From Malacoraja senta (Eukaryota), in assembly GCA_038087875.1 (NCBI GenBank), contig CM075981.1, forward strand, positions 1,054,001-1,118,000: a stretch of DNA of 64,000 nucleotides, given 5' to 3'. A program made the position numbers and the translations under genes. The notes under the pieces are model-generated. The model was given only the letters and a program-made list of their open reading frames with translations. It did no database searches and had not been told where the DNA came from. The number at the start of each line of letters is the position of its first letter. Positions within the stretch are counted from its first letter, which is position 1. Shown in pieces: positions 49,824-62,223 of this stretch.

Positions 49824-51846
49824 TTTTTTTTCATTAAAAAAAAATATATATATATTTATTAGAAGTAAGTACAGTACATTTTGATGGTACCTTTTTACAG
49901 GTTCCTAGAATTAATAAAACATTTTATGTACAACTTCCTTTTTTTTTAGAAAGAAATAAGAAAGAAAGAAGTAGTGAAGAGTAAAGAAAAGTCTAGTGAA
50001 TGTGAAGTAAAGAAAAGAAATAAGTAAGAAAGTGAAGCAGAAAGGAGATTCTCCCTTGCCACAAGTCGATGCTTTTTTATATTCTTAATCATTTTTTGCC
50101 CAAACCCAAATTTTTTTAATTTTACAATACTATTGCACCACATGAATCCACAAGGTCAATAAATGGAGACCAACTCGTTAAGAATTGGTCTTGTTTATCT
50201 ATTAGGAGGAGTCTCATTTCTTCCAAGTGGGCAGTTTCCAACATATTACCAATCCACATTTTGAGTGTTGGTATAGTAGCATTTTTCCAAAATTTAAGTA
50301 TGAGTTTTTTTGCTGTTATTAAACCATAATTAAAAAATGAAATTTGGGATATATTTAATTTGTTTCCATCTCCTATTACTCCGAAGATAATCATTTCCAT
50401 ATTAGGTTCCATTTTTATCTTAAATAAACTAGTAAATATATCAAATATATCACACCAAAATCCATGAAGTTTTATGCAAGAAACGAAAGAATGTGTGATA
50501 TTGGCAATTTGAGAAAGACATTTATCACAGATGGGAGAAATATTTGAATACAATTTATTCAACCTAACTTTTGAATAATATAATCTATGTAATATTTTAA
50601 ATTGAATTAAATTATGTCCAGCGTTAATCGAACATTTATGTATATATATATATATCAAATACCTCTCCCATGTTTCTTTAGAAATTTTTGGCATTTATTC
50701 TTTTTCCCAGTCTTCTCTAATTGCCTCTGTTGATGGCAATTCTCTATTAAGAATACTATTATATAAATATGATATTAATTTTTGTGAGTCCGCCTTAATA
50801 TTCATTGCTTCTTCCAGTGGGTCTATCATTATGCTCTGTAGTCTTGGTATATATTTTTTTATAAAGTCACATATCTGTAAATATTTAAAGTATTGGTTAT
50901 TATTCAGATTAAATTTTGATTTTAATTGTTGAAATGATAATAAATTTCCCATTTCATACATGTCACCCACCTTTTTAATTCCCAATCTTTCCCATTGTCT
51001 ATATGTTTTATCCATAAAAGATGGTTTAAATACCGGATTATTCACTATTGGTGTTAATGATGATAAGTTCCTTAATTTTAAAGTTAATTTTATTTGTTTC
51101 CAAATTCGAATTATATTATGTATAATTGGATTCTTCTTATATAATGTATTATTCAATTTTATCGGGGAGAAGAGGATCGCTCCTAAATCGTACGGAAAAC
51201 AATCCTCTTTCTCCATTCTTATCCATTCCATCTGTTGAGAAGGGCAGTCCAACCAATAAATGATATTCTTAAGATGTACTGCCCAATAATAATATAAAAA
51301 ATTAGGCAGTGCAAGTCCCCCTACATCTTTAGGTTTACACAGATGATTTCTTTTAATTCTATGTGCTTTGTAGTCCCAAATAAAATTAGCAATATTAGAG
51401 TCTAGTTTTTTAAAGAAATATTTTGGTATATATATTGGTATGGATTGAAATAAATATATTATTTGTGGTAGAACTATCATTTTTATAGCATTTATTCTGC
51501 CAATTAATGATAGTGGGAGCGATTTCCAAAAGTTAACCAGAGCATTCAATTTATTTAATAAAGGACTAAAATTAACATTAAATAATGATTTATATCTTCT
51601 AGTAACTTGAATACCTAAATATTTAAATTTTTCTGTTGCAATTTTAAATGGAAATTTTAATAGATGATTCGCTTTCTGGGGCTGTAATGACATAATTTCA
51701 CTTTTATTCCAATTTATTCTATATCCAGAAAAAGAGCCAAATTCCTCTATTACGTTTAGTAAATTTGGGATACTCGTTTCTGAATTTCTAATATATAAAA
51801 GTATATCATCAGCATACAATGAAATTTTATTATTAGAGTCCTTAGT
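49824..51846 (-). mobile_element. 5'-truncated L1 (same orientation as gene B)
   Basis: YADD to C-terminus in ORFs 50695-51819 and 50122-50694; poly(A) side at 49824. Confidence 0.92.
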
Positions 51847-51849
51847 CGC

Positions 51850-54800
51850 CAGCTTTTGGCTCGCCAGCTAAAAAAACGAGAAAAAGAACATACGATCCCA
51901 AAGATTAAATCAGATAGAGGGGAATTATTAACCATACCGAAGGATATTAATAAAAGATTTGCGCAATTTTATGAGAATTTGTATACATCTAAAACGACAA
52001 CTGACTCCTATAAAATTACAGAATTTTTGGATAATTGTAATCTTCCAAAGTTAGAGTTGAAGGAACAAGAGGAATTGGGAGCACAAATGTCAATTAAGGA
52101 ATCAGAAGATACAATAAACTCATTAAAGATTGGAAAAACACCAGGTCCTGATGGATTTACTAATGAATTTTATAAAAGCTTCTACGACAAAATTATACCA
52201 CGATTACAAAAAATGTACCAATATGCTTTTAAAAAACAAATATTACCTGACACATTAGCTGAATCAACGATCACACTAATACTTAAAAAAGACAAAGATA
52301 TAGAATAACCGGGTTCGTATAGAGCTATAGCATTGTTAAACACAGATCAAAAAATATTAGTGAAAACACTAGCTAGAAGATTAAGTAAATATATTATTAA
52401 ACTAATAAATCCAGATCAGACGGGGTTTATCCCTAAAAGATATTCATCTAATAATATGAGACGTCTACTCAATATAATGCATTCACATAAATCTGAAGAA
52501 CAAGAATTATCAATCATTTCCTTGGACGCTGAAAAAGCATTTGACCAAGTAGAATGGAATTATATGGATAAAGTATTACAAAAATTCCAACTGGGAGTGA
52601 ATTTTATTTTATAGATTAAACTATTATATAATAAACCTACAGCTAGAATATTAACTAATAACATATTATCCTCAAAATTTCAACTATCAAGGGGAAATAG
52701 ACAAGGATGCTCATTATCACCACAGTTGCTCGCTCTCATAATTGAACCGTTAGCAGAAAAAATTAGAACACATCCAGATATCCATGGGTATAACACTAAA
52801 TATTCAAATAATAAAATAATAAAATATCTTTATACACGGATGATATATTATTGTACATTACAAAACCTCAAATCACTATACCAAATATATTAAACTTAAT
52901 CGAGGATTTTGGATCCTTTTCTGGATACAGAATAAATTGGAATAAAAGTGAAATTATGTCAATAAAACCGAAAGACTCAACACATCTTTTAAAATTCCCT
53001 TTTAAAATAGCTACAGAAAAATTTAAATACTTGGGAATCGAAATCACCAGAACATATCAAGGCATGTTTAAAGCAAATTTTGATCCTTTACTTAATAAAT
53101 TAAATACACTAATTAAATTTTGGAAAACGCTCCCGATGTCTTTAATAGGCCGAATAAACGCAATAAAAATGATTTTCTTACCACAAATTTTATACCTATT
53201 TCAATCGATTCCTATATACCTACCAAAGAAGTTTAAAAAAAAACTGGATTCAGATATTATGAATTTTATATGGGACTATAAATCACATAGAATACAAAGA
53301 ACACACTTGAACAAACCTAAAGTATTAGGGGGCTTAGCACTCCCTAACTTCATGTATTACTATTGGTCAGTAAATATAAAAAATATGATTCAACTGATGG
53401 ACAACTCTGCCCAGCAAGTGGACTGGATTGTAATGGAGAGAGAGGACTGCTCCTCTGGAAACATTGGAGCGATCCTTCTGTCACCAATGAAACTGAATAA
53501 CATAAATTATAACAAAAACCCATTTATACATAGCACAATTAGAACTTGGAAACAAATAAAACAAAATTTAAAATTAAGAAATTTATCGCTTTTATCTCCC
53601 ATAATTAATAACCCTTCATTTAATCCCTCTATTACAGAGAAATCTTTCATACAATGGGATAGACTTGGAATTAAAAAGTTCGGTGACTTGTACGAAACTG
53701 GAAAATTACTATCATTCCAACAATTACAAATAAAATATAAACTTGGAAATAATCAATATTTTAAATATTTTCAAATATGTGACTATTTGAAAAAATATAC
53801 ATAAGATCATCATAATACCTCAACAGATGTATTGGATGAAGCAATGCAGATAAAAGCTGAATCAACAAACTTAAATGTAGAAATACCATCTACGGAAGGT
53901 ATTAGAAGAGACTGGGAACAAGATTTAGCTAATAAAATATCAAAGGAAAGGTGGAATGAACATTTATTAAACGTGCATAAATGTTCGATTAATGTAAGAC
54001 ATACTTTAATATAATTTAAAATTGTACATAGATTATATTATTCTAAAACTAAAATCAATAAAATTTTCCCAAATGTATCATCAATTTGTGATAAATGTCA
54101 ATCTCAAGAAGCTACTATAGCGCACTCATTTGTCTTCTGCATAAAAATCCAAAAATTTTGGATTGAAATTTTTGGAAATTTTTACAAAATTATTTAAAAT
54201 TAAACTGATACCCAAAGCAGAATGGATTATCTTCGGAACAACGGAAGATGGTCCAGAACGAAATGTGTTCCAAAAGAAATTAATAGACTATGGGTTAATA
54301 ACTGGAAAAAAGATAATCCTAAAATTCTGGAAAAACGCTCGAATACCAACTATAAACATGTGGATTTCAAATATGTTCGAAACATTACACTTAGTAGAGA
54401 TAAGACTCCTCCTGGCAGGTAAACCAGATCACTTCCACCTGACGTGGTCTGTATTCATAGAATTATTACAAGTATAGGGTGCAAAAGTACTAAAAAAAAA
54501 CTGAGGTCAGGTAAGGGGGGATGAAAGTTGGAGGATTGGTGTGTCCCATTTGCGGGAGGCTTATAAAAAAGTATTTGTTTTTCTCTTTTCCCTCTTTCTC
54601 TTTTTTCTTCTTCTTTAGGGTCTATTTCTTAACTCTTTCTTTTTGTTTTTAATTTCTTTCTTATAGGGTCTTTGTCTTTTTTTTGTTTTGTTTTGTTTTT
54701 TGTTGTCACGTTTTTTACACTTTCACTTTTTTCTTTCACTTTCTTCTTTCTTTCAATCTCATCCTTTCCCTTTATTAGTGTAGAAAATAAATAGAGTACA

Positions 54801-54896
54801 TTAATTGTAATAATATATATGTGATGAGTACTAGTGTAATTGGTTGTAATGTAATGTACTTCTAATAAATAAAAAATAAAAAATAAATTTAAAAAA
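51850..54896 (+). mobile_element. 5'-truncated L1 inserted at the 5' junction of the preceding L1
   Basis: Decayed ORF2 from LARQL onward, poly(A); TSD agagtccttagtcgc (51835-51849, 54897-54911). Confidence 0.93.
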
Positions 54897-55303
54897 AGAG
54901 TCCTTAGTCGCAGTTTGTTTCATATACCTACCAACCTTTGTGTAAAAACGTTACTACCCAGATTCTTATTAAATCACTCCCCCCTCAACTTGAAACTTTG
55001 TCCTCTGGTTCTCGATTCCCCTAATCTGGGCAAAAGACTGTGCATTTACACGATCTTTTCCTCGCATGATTTTTTGTTTACCTGCCAGAAGATCATCCCT
55101 CATCCTCCTGCACTCCAAGAAGTAAAGTCCTAGACTGCTCAACCCCTCCCTGTAGGTCGGGCCCTCAAGTCATCGCAACATCCTTGTAAGTCTTCTCTGC
55201 GCCCTATCCAATTTGTCAGCAGCTTTCCTATAACATGGTGATTAAAACTGACCACAAATCAGACAAATCATCAGACAATCTTAAATTCTCTTTTACATTT
55301 CAG

Positions 55304-55456
55304 GAATTACCAACAGGAAAGGGAAGCATCGTTTATGCAAAAGTGTTGGCTATTCAAAGCAACAAGAAAGCTGCGCATTTGTCGAATCAAAATCAAACTG
55401 TGTATGCAGAAATGCAATTAGGAAGGAAATCGACAGGGACACTCCAGTACAGATGA
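55304..55456 (+). pseudogene. Orphan inverted paralogue of the ITIM tail exon
   Basis: Acceptor ttttacatttcag; ELPTGKGSIVYAKV...TVYAEM...QYR*; DNA homology to 8954-9232 continues to about 55540 in a shifted frame. Confidence 0.85.
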
Positions 55457-56109
55457 GGACAATGTTAGCTTTTCAGATGATACATTTCAAAGCAACAGCT
55501 AAATTGCCCTTCAGAAATATCCTTCGACTCACAATCCATTTACCAGGTTTATACACCTCTGCGTCACTCCATCTTCCCAGCTGCCAGAACAACCATGTCT
55601 GCCACTGTACCAGTACACAGCAGCACCATCTCCCTTTGTTTTACATTTCCAGCATCTGCAGTTAATCTTCTTTTAATCTGAAACTCTGCCACAATTCTAC
55701 AATACCAACATTCAAACACCTCATTAGTGCAACAGTATCATTATCAACAACTTTTTTAATTTCCATGTATAAATTTGTTGATAGTGATACTGTTGCACGA
55801 ATGAGGTGTGTGAATGGCGGTTTTGTAGAATTGTGTGTGGGAGCGAATGGGAAAATGGAATAACATAGAACTAGTGTGACCGGTGATCGCTAGTCGGTGT
55901 GGACTCGTTGCGCCGAAGGATCCCTTTCCATGTTGCATTTGTAAACTACAACTAAATATCCGGGTGAACCTTTTCTGTAACCTCTCCAAACCTTTCACTT
56001 CTTTTGTTTTATTAAGCGGCGACCAGAAATGTGCACCAGACTCCCATCTAACAAATGTTTTGTGCGGATGCCAAAGTGGAGACATGAAGTCACTCATTGA
56101 GAAACCTAC

Positions 56110-56427
56110 CTTCAGATACTTGGAGATGTACATTAAATGTTGGTTCGCCAGGTGTAATAATTCCACAAATGTACCATCCTGTATCACCAGAGTGAAGATC
56201 CTCCACAGTCACAGTAAATATTCCTCGTGCCGGGTTATCTGTGATTGACACTCTTCCGCTCTGTCCATGTTTCACATTTGTTTCCACTATATGTGTACAC
56301 TGGCGACTTGTCCCACGGCACCAGTATTTTGTGTGTGAGCGGTACACAGCTGCATAGTGACAATCGATTGTGATCACTCTTCCCACAACCCCTCTTACTC
56401 TGCTCTCTGCCCACAGTGCACCTGAAA
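56110..56427 (-). CDS. Gene B exon 4: second CD300/pIgR-type V domain
   Basis: 318 nt, phase 1/1, open; ITIDCHY...KYWCRGTSRQC...DTGWYICG. Confidence 0.9.
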
Positions 56428-57703
56428 CTGAAGGACACATCTTTCATAAATTGAGAGCAAAATTAGCTTTTCACAAACATATACATTACAGTATATATCA
56501 ATGTGCACAGGGAAGTCCGCCCAATCATTTTCTTAACTGTGTTGAAATTCCACCTAGATTGCGATGAGAGACAGATAGTGTACACCATCCCTCACCATCT
56601 GCACAGGTCGTTCCAAAGCGCTTCCCAGCCAATGTGGGTGTGAATGGTGAAGAATGATGCATTGAACACGGAGCCTGTTGCAATTGGAAGGCGCTGTCTA
56701 GGGAGTCATGGTGAGTTGCTGCAGTGCATCGTGCAGATGGTGCAAACTGCTGCTGTTCTGCATCAGCGTGGGAGGTTGTGGATGGGGTGTCTATCAAGCG
56801 CGTTTCTGGGTCATGACAGACCAAGCACAAGTGTTCAGCGAAACTGTGGCCTAGGCCAGTGCTTCGTAAACTGATGAATGGTTCACTCTAGGGTGAATGA
56901 AATTATTTTGGGGTGAATTAGTTAATTTATGTTTTTTGCTCATGTGACAAAATAAATTATATATAAAATTATACACAAGGGAGAATAAGACGAGAATTAC
57001 CAAAAAAACATAAGAAAATGTAGTCGAGGGTGAATGAAATTTTGTGATAAAGACTTAAGGGTGAATGACACTGAAATAGTTTAAGAAGCACTGGCCGAGG
57101 CTGCGCTTGGTCTCGCTGTTGTAAACCATTCACACTCTCTTCTGGACTTCCAAACTGAGCGACTCCACACCTACTGGGAGTTTCATTTCAAAATTCTCAT
57201 TGACAGAAATAAGGGTTATACCTGATGGAGTGACGACCAAGTAGATTCCACTTTAATTTTGTGAGATTACTGGAGTTCCAGAGATTCACACAAATTAACA
57301 GAGTTAAAATCATGAACATGATCATGAAATTGTACATCCTTGGTTATAAATGATGATGGATCCAAATAGAATGAATTTGGTTTCTTTTTCTGACTCAAAA
57401 TGAGTGTGAGATCTTAAGCGGCAGCCAGAAAATCATTTTTAAGGCAGAAGGCAGACATTTGATGGAATGCACTCAATGCGTTGTGACAACACGTCTTTCT
57501 CTCAATTTCGAAGCTCAACACCTCCCAGGTGAAAGCAATAGGCAATTATTTGCCAGTCCCCCAAACAAACTCTCACATTTTACACCATGAGCTCACGGTG
57601 GCTGCCATGAAACCCACGAACATCACCACAAGGTGAAAAGCAGCTACTCCAAGAACACGAGAGGAATTGTGAAATAGTATTCCCACGGGAAAATAACACT
57701 CAC

Positions 57704-58024
57704 CTGTATTGTTCATTTCTGTCACATAACTGCACGTTTCTGCTCCTTTGAAGACTTTCACGTTGAGTATTTCACTGGATTTTGTCCCATGATGATTTGA
57801 GGCTCTGCAGCAATATTGACGGTTTTGACCTCCGAGGATCTCACAACTCAGATCCAGTTGATTCCTCGACAAGATCGCTGACCACCCATACTCGTACTTC
57901 ACAAACCATGTGTAATAGATGGGAAGGGATCCACGGACAGACTCACAGGAAACTGACACTGAGCCTCCGAGATGTGAGGCATTTGCTGGTGACAGATATC
58001 TGAGCACAGGAGCAGACACAGGCT
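57704..58024 (-). CDS. Gene B exon 3: first C2-type (FcR/FCRL-like) Ig domain
   Basis: cattcccacag|321 nt|gtgagt, phase 1/1, open; EPVSAPVL...VSCESVRGSLPIYYTW...QYCCRASN. Confidence 0.88.
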
Positions 58025-59214
58025 CTGTGGGAATGGAGCAAACATTCAGTCACCTGTATGAACAGTTAAAAACCAAATACATGCTAAATCTCAGCAACAC
58101 TTTATCTCAGCCCGAAACGTCCGGCTCATCAACATCTCTGTGAGTGTGCGAAGCCCAGAAACTGAAGAAGGTTAGAGTTATAGAGAACCGAAAGAGGCCC
58201 ATCACAACAACTCATTCACGCCGGCCAACATGTGTCTCTGGGCCATATCCATATGTCCAAGTTTCTCCCTTATCACTCGCAATGATCCCAATCTACGCAA
58301 CTGTCCTAATGTATTTTAAATGCTGTTATTCTAACTGCCTCAACAACTTCCTCTGGCAGCAGGTTCCATATAAATATCACCCAATGTGTGGAAAATGTCC
58401 CTCAGAACAGAAGTTGGGATGTTATGTTTCAGTTGTACATATGTTGTTGAGGTCGAACGTAGAAACATAGAAACATAGAAAATAGGTGCGGAGTAGGCCA
58501 TTCGGCCCTTAGAGCCTGCACCTCCATTCAATATGATCATGGCTGATCATCCAACTCAGTATCCTGTACCTGCTTTCTCTCCATACCCCCGGATCCCTTT
58601 AGCCACAATGGCCACATCTAACTCCCTCTTAAATATAGCCAATGAACTGGCCTCAACTACATTCTGTGGCAGAGAATTCCAGAGATTCACCACTCTCTGT
58701 GTGAAAAATGGGTGAATTGGGTGAACTTGGGCGAATTGTGTTCAGCTTCAGCCACTCATCGGTACAAAACATGCCGTTACGGCCAATGGCACCTTACTAT
58801 TCCCCCTCTTTAAATAGTTCCCATTACCTCTGTCCTCCACTTTCTCATCCCACACATCATGGGGAAATTAATATGCTTCTCGTGATTGATACATTTCTAT
58901 TAGTCCCTCGCTCAATCATTTCCACACCAAGGAATAAATTCTGAGTTTGTCCAATCTCTCCCTGCGTCAATCCCATCCTGTCCAGGCAACGTCGCCCTAA
59001 ACCCTTTCTGCACGCTGTCCACCTCAACAGCACTTTTCTTGGAGCTGAGGGACTGAAGCTGAACATAATTCCCAATATGTGCACTCAACATCTGCAGATC
59101 TGAAGCATATTATCTCAAATTATGTTCTGAATGTTCTCACTGATGAAGACCAGCGTGCCAAAAAACCCTATTCAATGCATTGGAATTTAAATGCGAAAAT
59201 TAATTACTATCCCT

Positions 59215-60800
59215 TTAAGATAGACACAAAATGTTGGAGTAACTCAGCGGAACAGGCTGCATCTCTCGAGAGAAGGAATGGCTGATGTTTCGGGTCGAGA
59301 CCCTTCTTCAGCCTGACAGTCGTGTGACAGGGAGAGAGAGAGAAATGGAAGGGTAAGGTGTGAAAACAAATGATCAAAGCTGACAAAGTTAAAGGAAAAT
59401 GTAGAATGAATCATTGTCGACTGAAGGGAAGGTGACAATCAGTAAAATATAATCAGGATGACTGTGAAACTAATTGGAGAACTAGGATGGGGGCAGGATG
59501 GAGAGGAGTAAAGCAGGGGTTACTTGAAGTTCATTGTTTTATCCATGGTGACAAGGCCAGCACTTAAGCCTCTTTAAATACCTGGGAGTCCACATCACAG
59601 AGGATCTGACATGGACAACACACACTGCTGCACTGGTGAGTAAGGCAAGGCAGCGCCTTTACCACCTCAGACAGCTGAGGAAATTCAGAGTCTCTCTGAG
59701 GATCCTTCAGTGCTTCTACTCTGGGGCTGTAGAAAGCATCTTGTCCGGCAGCATCACAATCTGGTTTGGGAACAGCTCTGTCCAGGACAGGAAAGCTCTG
59801 CAGAGAGTAGTGCATTCGGCCGAACGTAATATGGGAACTACACTCGCCCCCCTGCAGGACCTATACACCTGGAGGTGCAGATCCAGAGCCAGCAACATTA
59901 TGGGGGACCCCTACCACCCCAACAACGGACTGTTCCAGCTGCTAAGGTCAGGCAAACGCCTCCGCTGTCATGCTGTGAAAGCAGAGACGATGAGACGGAG
60001 TTTCTTCCCACAGGCCATCAGGACTGTAAACTCTTATCTCACCAGGGACTAATTTACTGTACTAATTTACTATTGCGTTGTGGATTTAAAAAATATATAT
60101 TTTCTAACATGTAATTACTGATTCTGTTCTATTCTGTTCTTTAGTTTGTGCACAATCCGCAGACATTGCCACTTCCATTTCACTGCACATTTTGTATGTG
60201 TATGTGACAAATAAAGTTGACTTGTCTTGTCTCCTGTCGCTCAAAACACTGGGTTGTAAGCTGCCCAAGCGAAATATGAGGTGCTGTTCCTCCAATTTGC
60301 CTTTGACCTCACTCTGACAGTGGAGGAGGTCCAGGACAGAAAGGTCAGTTTGGGAATGAGAGGGGGAATTAAATCGTTTAGCGATCGGGACATAGCGTCG
60401 GCTGAGGCAGACTGAGCGGAGTTGTTCAGCGAAACGATCGCCAAGTCTGCGCTTGGTCTCGCTGATATATAGGAGTTCACACCTGGAACAGCGGATATAG
60501 TTGATGAGGTTGGAAGAGATGCAATGAACCTCTGCCTCACCCGAAAAGACTGTTGGAGTCCTTGGACGGAGTAGACGGAGGTGGTATAGAGACAGGTGTT
60601 GCATCTCCTGCAGTTGTAAAGGAAGGTACCTGGGAACGGGGTGGTTTGGGTGGGAAAGGCCGAGTTGACCAGGGAGTTGCGGAGGGAACGGTCTCTTCGG
60701 AAAGCAGAAAGCGGTGGAGATGGAAAGATGTGGCTCGTGGTGGGATATCGTTGGAGGTGGCGAAAATGTCGGAGGATTATATGCTATGTGCGACGGCTGA
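59215..60800 (-). mobile_element. Penelope-like element 3' fragment interrupted by a Rex1-like LINE
   Basis: GIY-YIG region ORF 60241-60540 (IRCSRCELLYISETKRRLGDRF); terminal repeat at about 59215-59312. Confidence 0.78.
59570..60232 (+). mobile_element. Rex1/Babar-like LINE 3' fragment
   Basis: ORF 59636-60052 KARQRLYHLRQLRKF...ESILSGSITIWFG...SFFPQAIR; cttgt-repeat tail. Confidence 0.8.
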
Positions 60801-61182
60801 TGGGACCAAAATGAGGTTATTCTGCTTGCCATGTTTATGATTCTCCAGGTATTTAGACCGCGAGCAATACTTGTTTCTCACTGATCTGTCGGATTATTAG
60901 TTTGAGTCGGAATGCACACATCTGACAAGGTGACATTTCATACAGTTCAAAGACAGGTAAATGTGCTGAGCATCCCACTTGATGTGGGTGGCCGCTCAGT
61001 GGGACAGAGCCCGCACTGGGTGAGAGCAAACATGAGTGGGATTTCCCGACCCCCGCCAGCTCCCCGCAGGTCTCTGTACTGCTGCGGAGCCTCGGGATAT
61101 CGGTGCTGCCCTGACCCTTCCCGGAGAAAACATAGATCAAGCATTTCAGTGGAGACGTCAAGTCAATCGCTGCGAAACGTAC

Positions 61183-61503
61183 CGTCAGATACTTGGAGAT
61201 GTACGTTAAACATTGAACGGTCGGCAAATGTAGTAATTCCACAGCTGTACCATCCTGTATCTCCAGAGTGAAGATCCTCCATAGTCACAGTAAATATTCC
61301 TCGTGCCGGGATATCTGTCATTGACACTCTTCCACTCTGTTCATGTTGCCCATTAGTTGCCACTAAAACTGTACATAGGCTGCTCCTCCAACCACACCAG
61401 TATTTTGTCTGTGAGCGGTACCCTGCTGCATAGTGACAATCGATTGTGAGCGCTCTTCCCACAACTCCTCCTACATACTTCTCTCCCCACACTGCACCTG
61501 AAA
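61183..61503 (-). CDS. Gene B exon 2: first CD300/pIgR-type V domain
   Basis: 321 nt, phase 1/1, open; LTIDCHY...KYWCGWRSSLC...DTGWYSCG. Confidence 0.92.
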
Positions 61504-62086
61504 CTGAGGGGAGAAACTTTCAGATGGAGAGCAGATGAACTGTTTAATGGAAATAGATACATTTTGAAGATTACACGAAAGAGAATTTAAATCGTTCCAT
61601 GATGTGTCATATTTCTTCACGGCCAAGTTCTCCGGTCTGAAGTGCAGGCAGTGCTGTTATTGTACCAGTTGTGTCAGTGTTCTGTCCCCGGGTCAGTACA
61701 ATTTGCGTTCACTTCCCACTCCAGATCCCTGAGCAGAAACTGGGCTGCGATCGCAATGCGGTACTGAGGGAGCGCGGCAGTGTTGCAGGAGCTGCCTTTC
61801 AACAATCCCAGGCGGTGCCCGGCCTCTCACCCTACAGAAAGACCCCACTTTTCTATTCTCAATTTAAACTGTAATCAGGAAGCAATTAGTCCATGTGTCA
61901 ACAGTTGTTAAACACGAACATAGGCTAGATATTCAAATGTGATGTCATATCCATCACCACAATGCACTGTGTTTCATTTCCCCCATTACATGTCTACACA
62001 TACTTAACTATCTATGCTGTGGAAAGGGTGCACGGGACCCCAACCAACATTGATCATTGGAATATCAACATCTGGCTTTCACTCAC

Positions 62087-62123
62087 CGGGGAGCGACGTG
62101 ATGAGAAGAGCGGGAATCCACAT
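62087..62123 (-). CDS. Gene B exon 1: signal peptide
   Basis: ATG MWIPALLITSLP then G|gtgagt; 37 nt, phase 1. Confidence 0.85.
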
Positions 62124-62202
62124 TATTTTATCCATAGTGACAAGGCTAGCACTTGTCTGCCTGTCGCTCAGCTCTGAGCTCCCAGATACAACCGCATCTC
62201 TC

Positions 62203-62223
62203 AATGAGGAAGAAGGGAACAGG
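62203..62223 (-). promoter_or_regulatory. Putative PU.1/ETS box in the gene B promoter
   Basis: aatgaggaagaagggaacagg, about 80 nt upstream of the ATG; conserved with gene A. Confidence 0.55.

Noticed and set aside
49824-54896. Twin-priming 5' inversion of a single L1
   Set aside because: Both parts cover overlapping ORF2 regions, differ in sequence and have their own poly(A); the plus copy has its own 15-bp TSD
55190-55955. The 766-bp segment missing from the left duplicate as a spliced-out intron (retrocopy evidence)
   Set aside because: Neither strand gives GT...AG ends in any register; a 3-nt TAA microhomology explains the junction better
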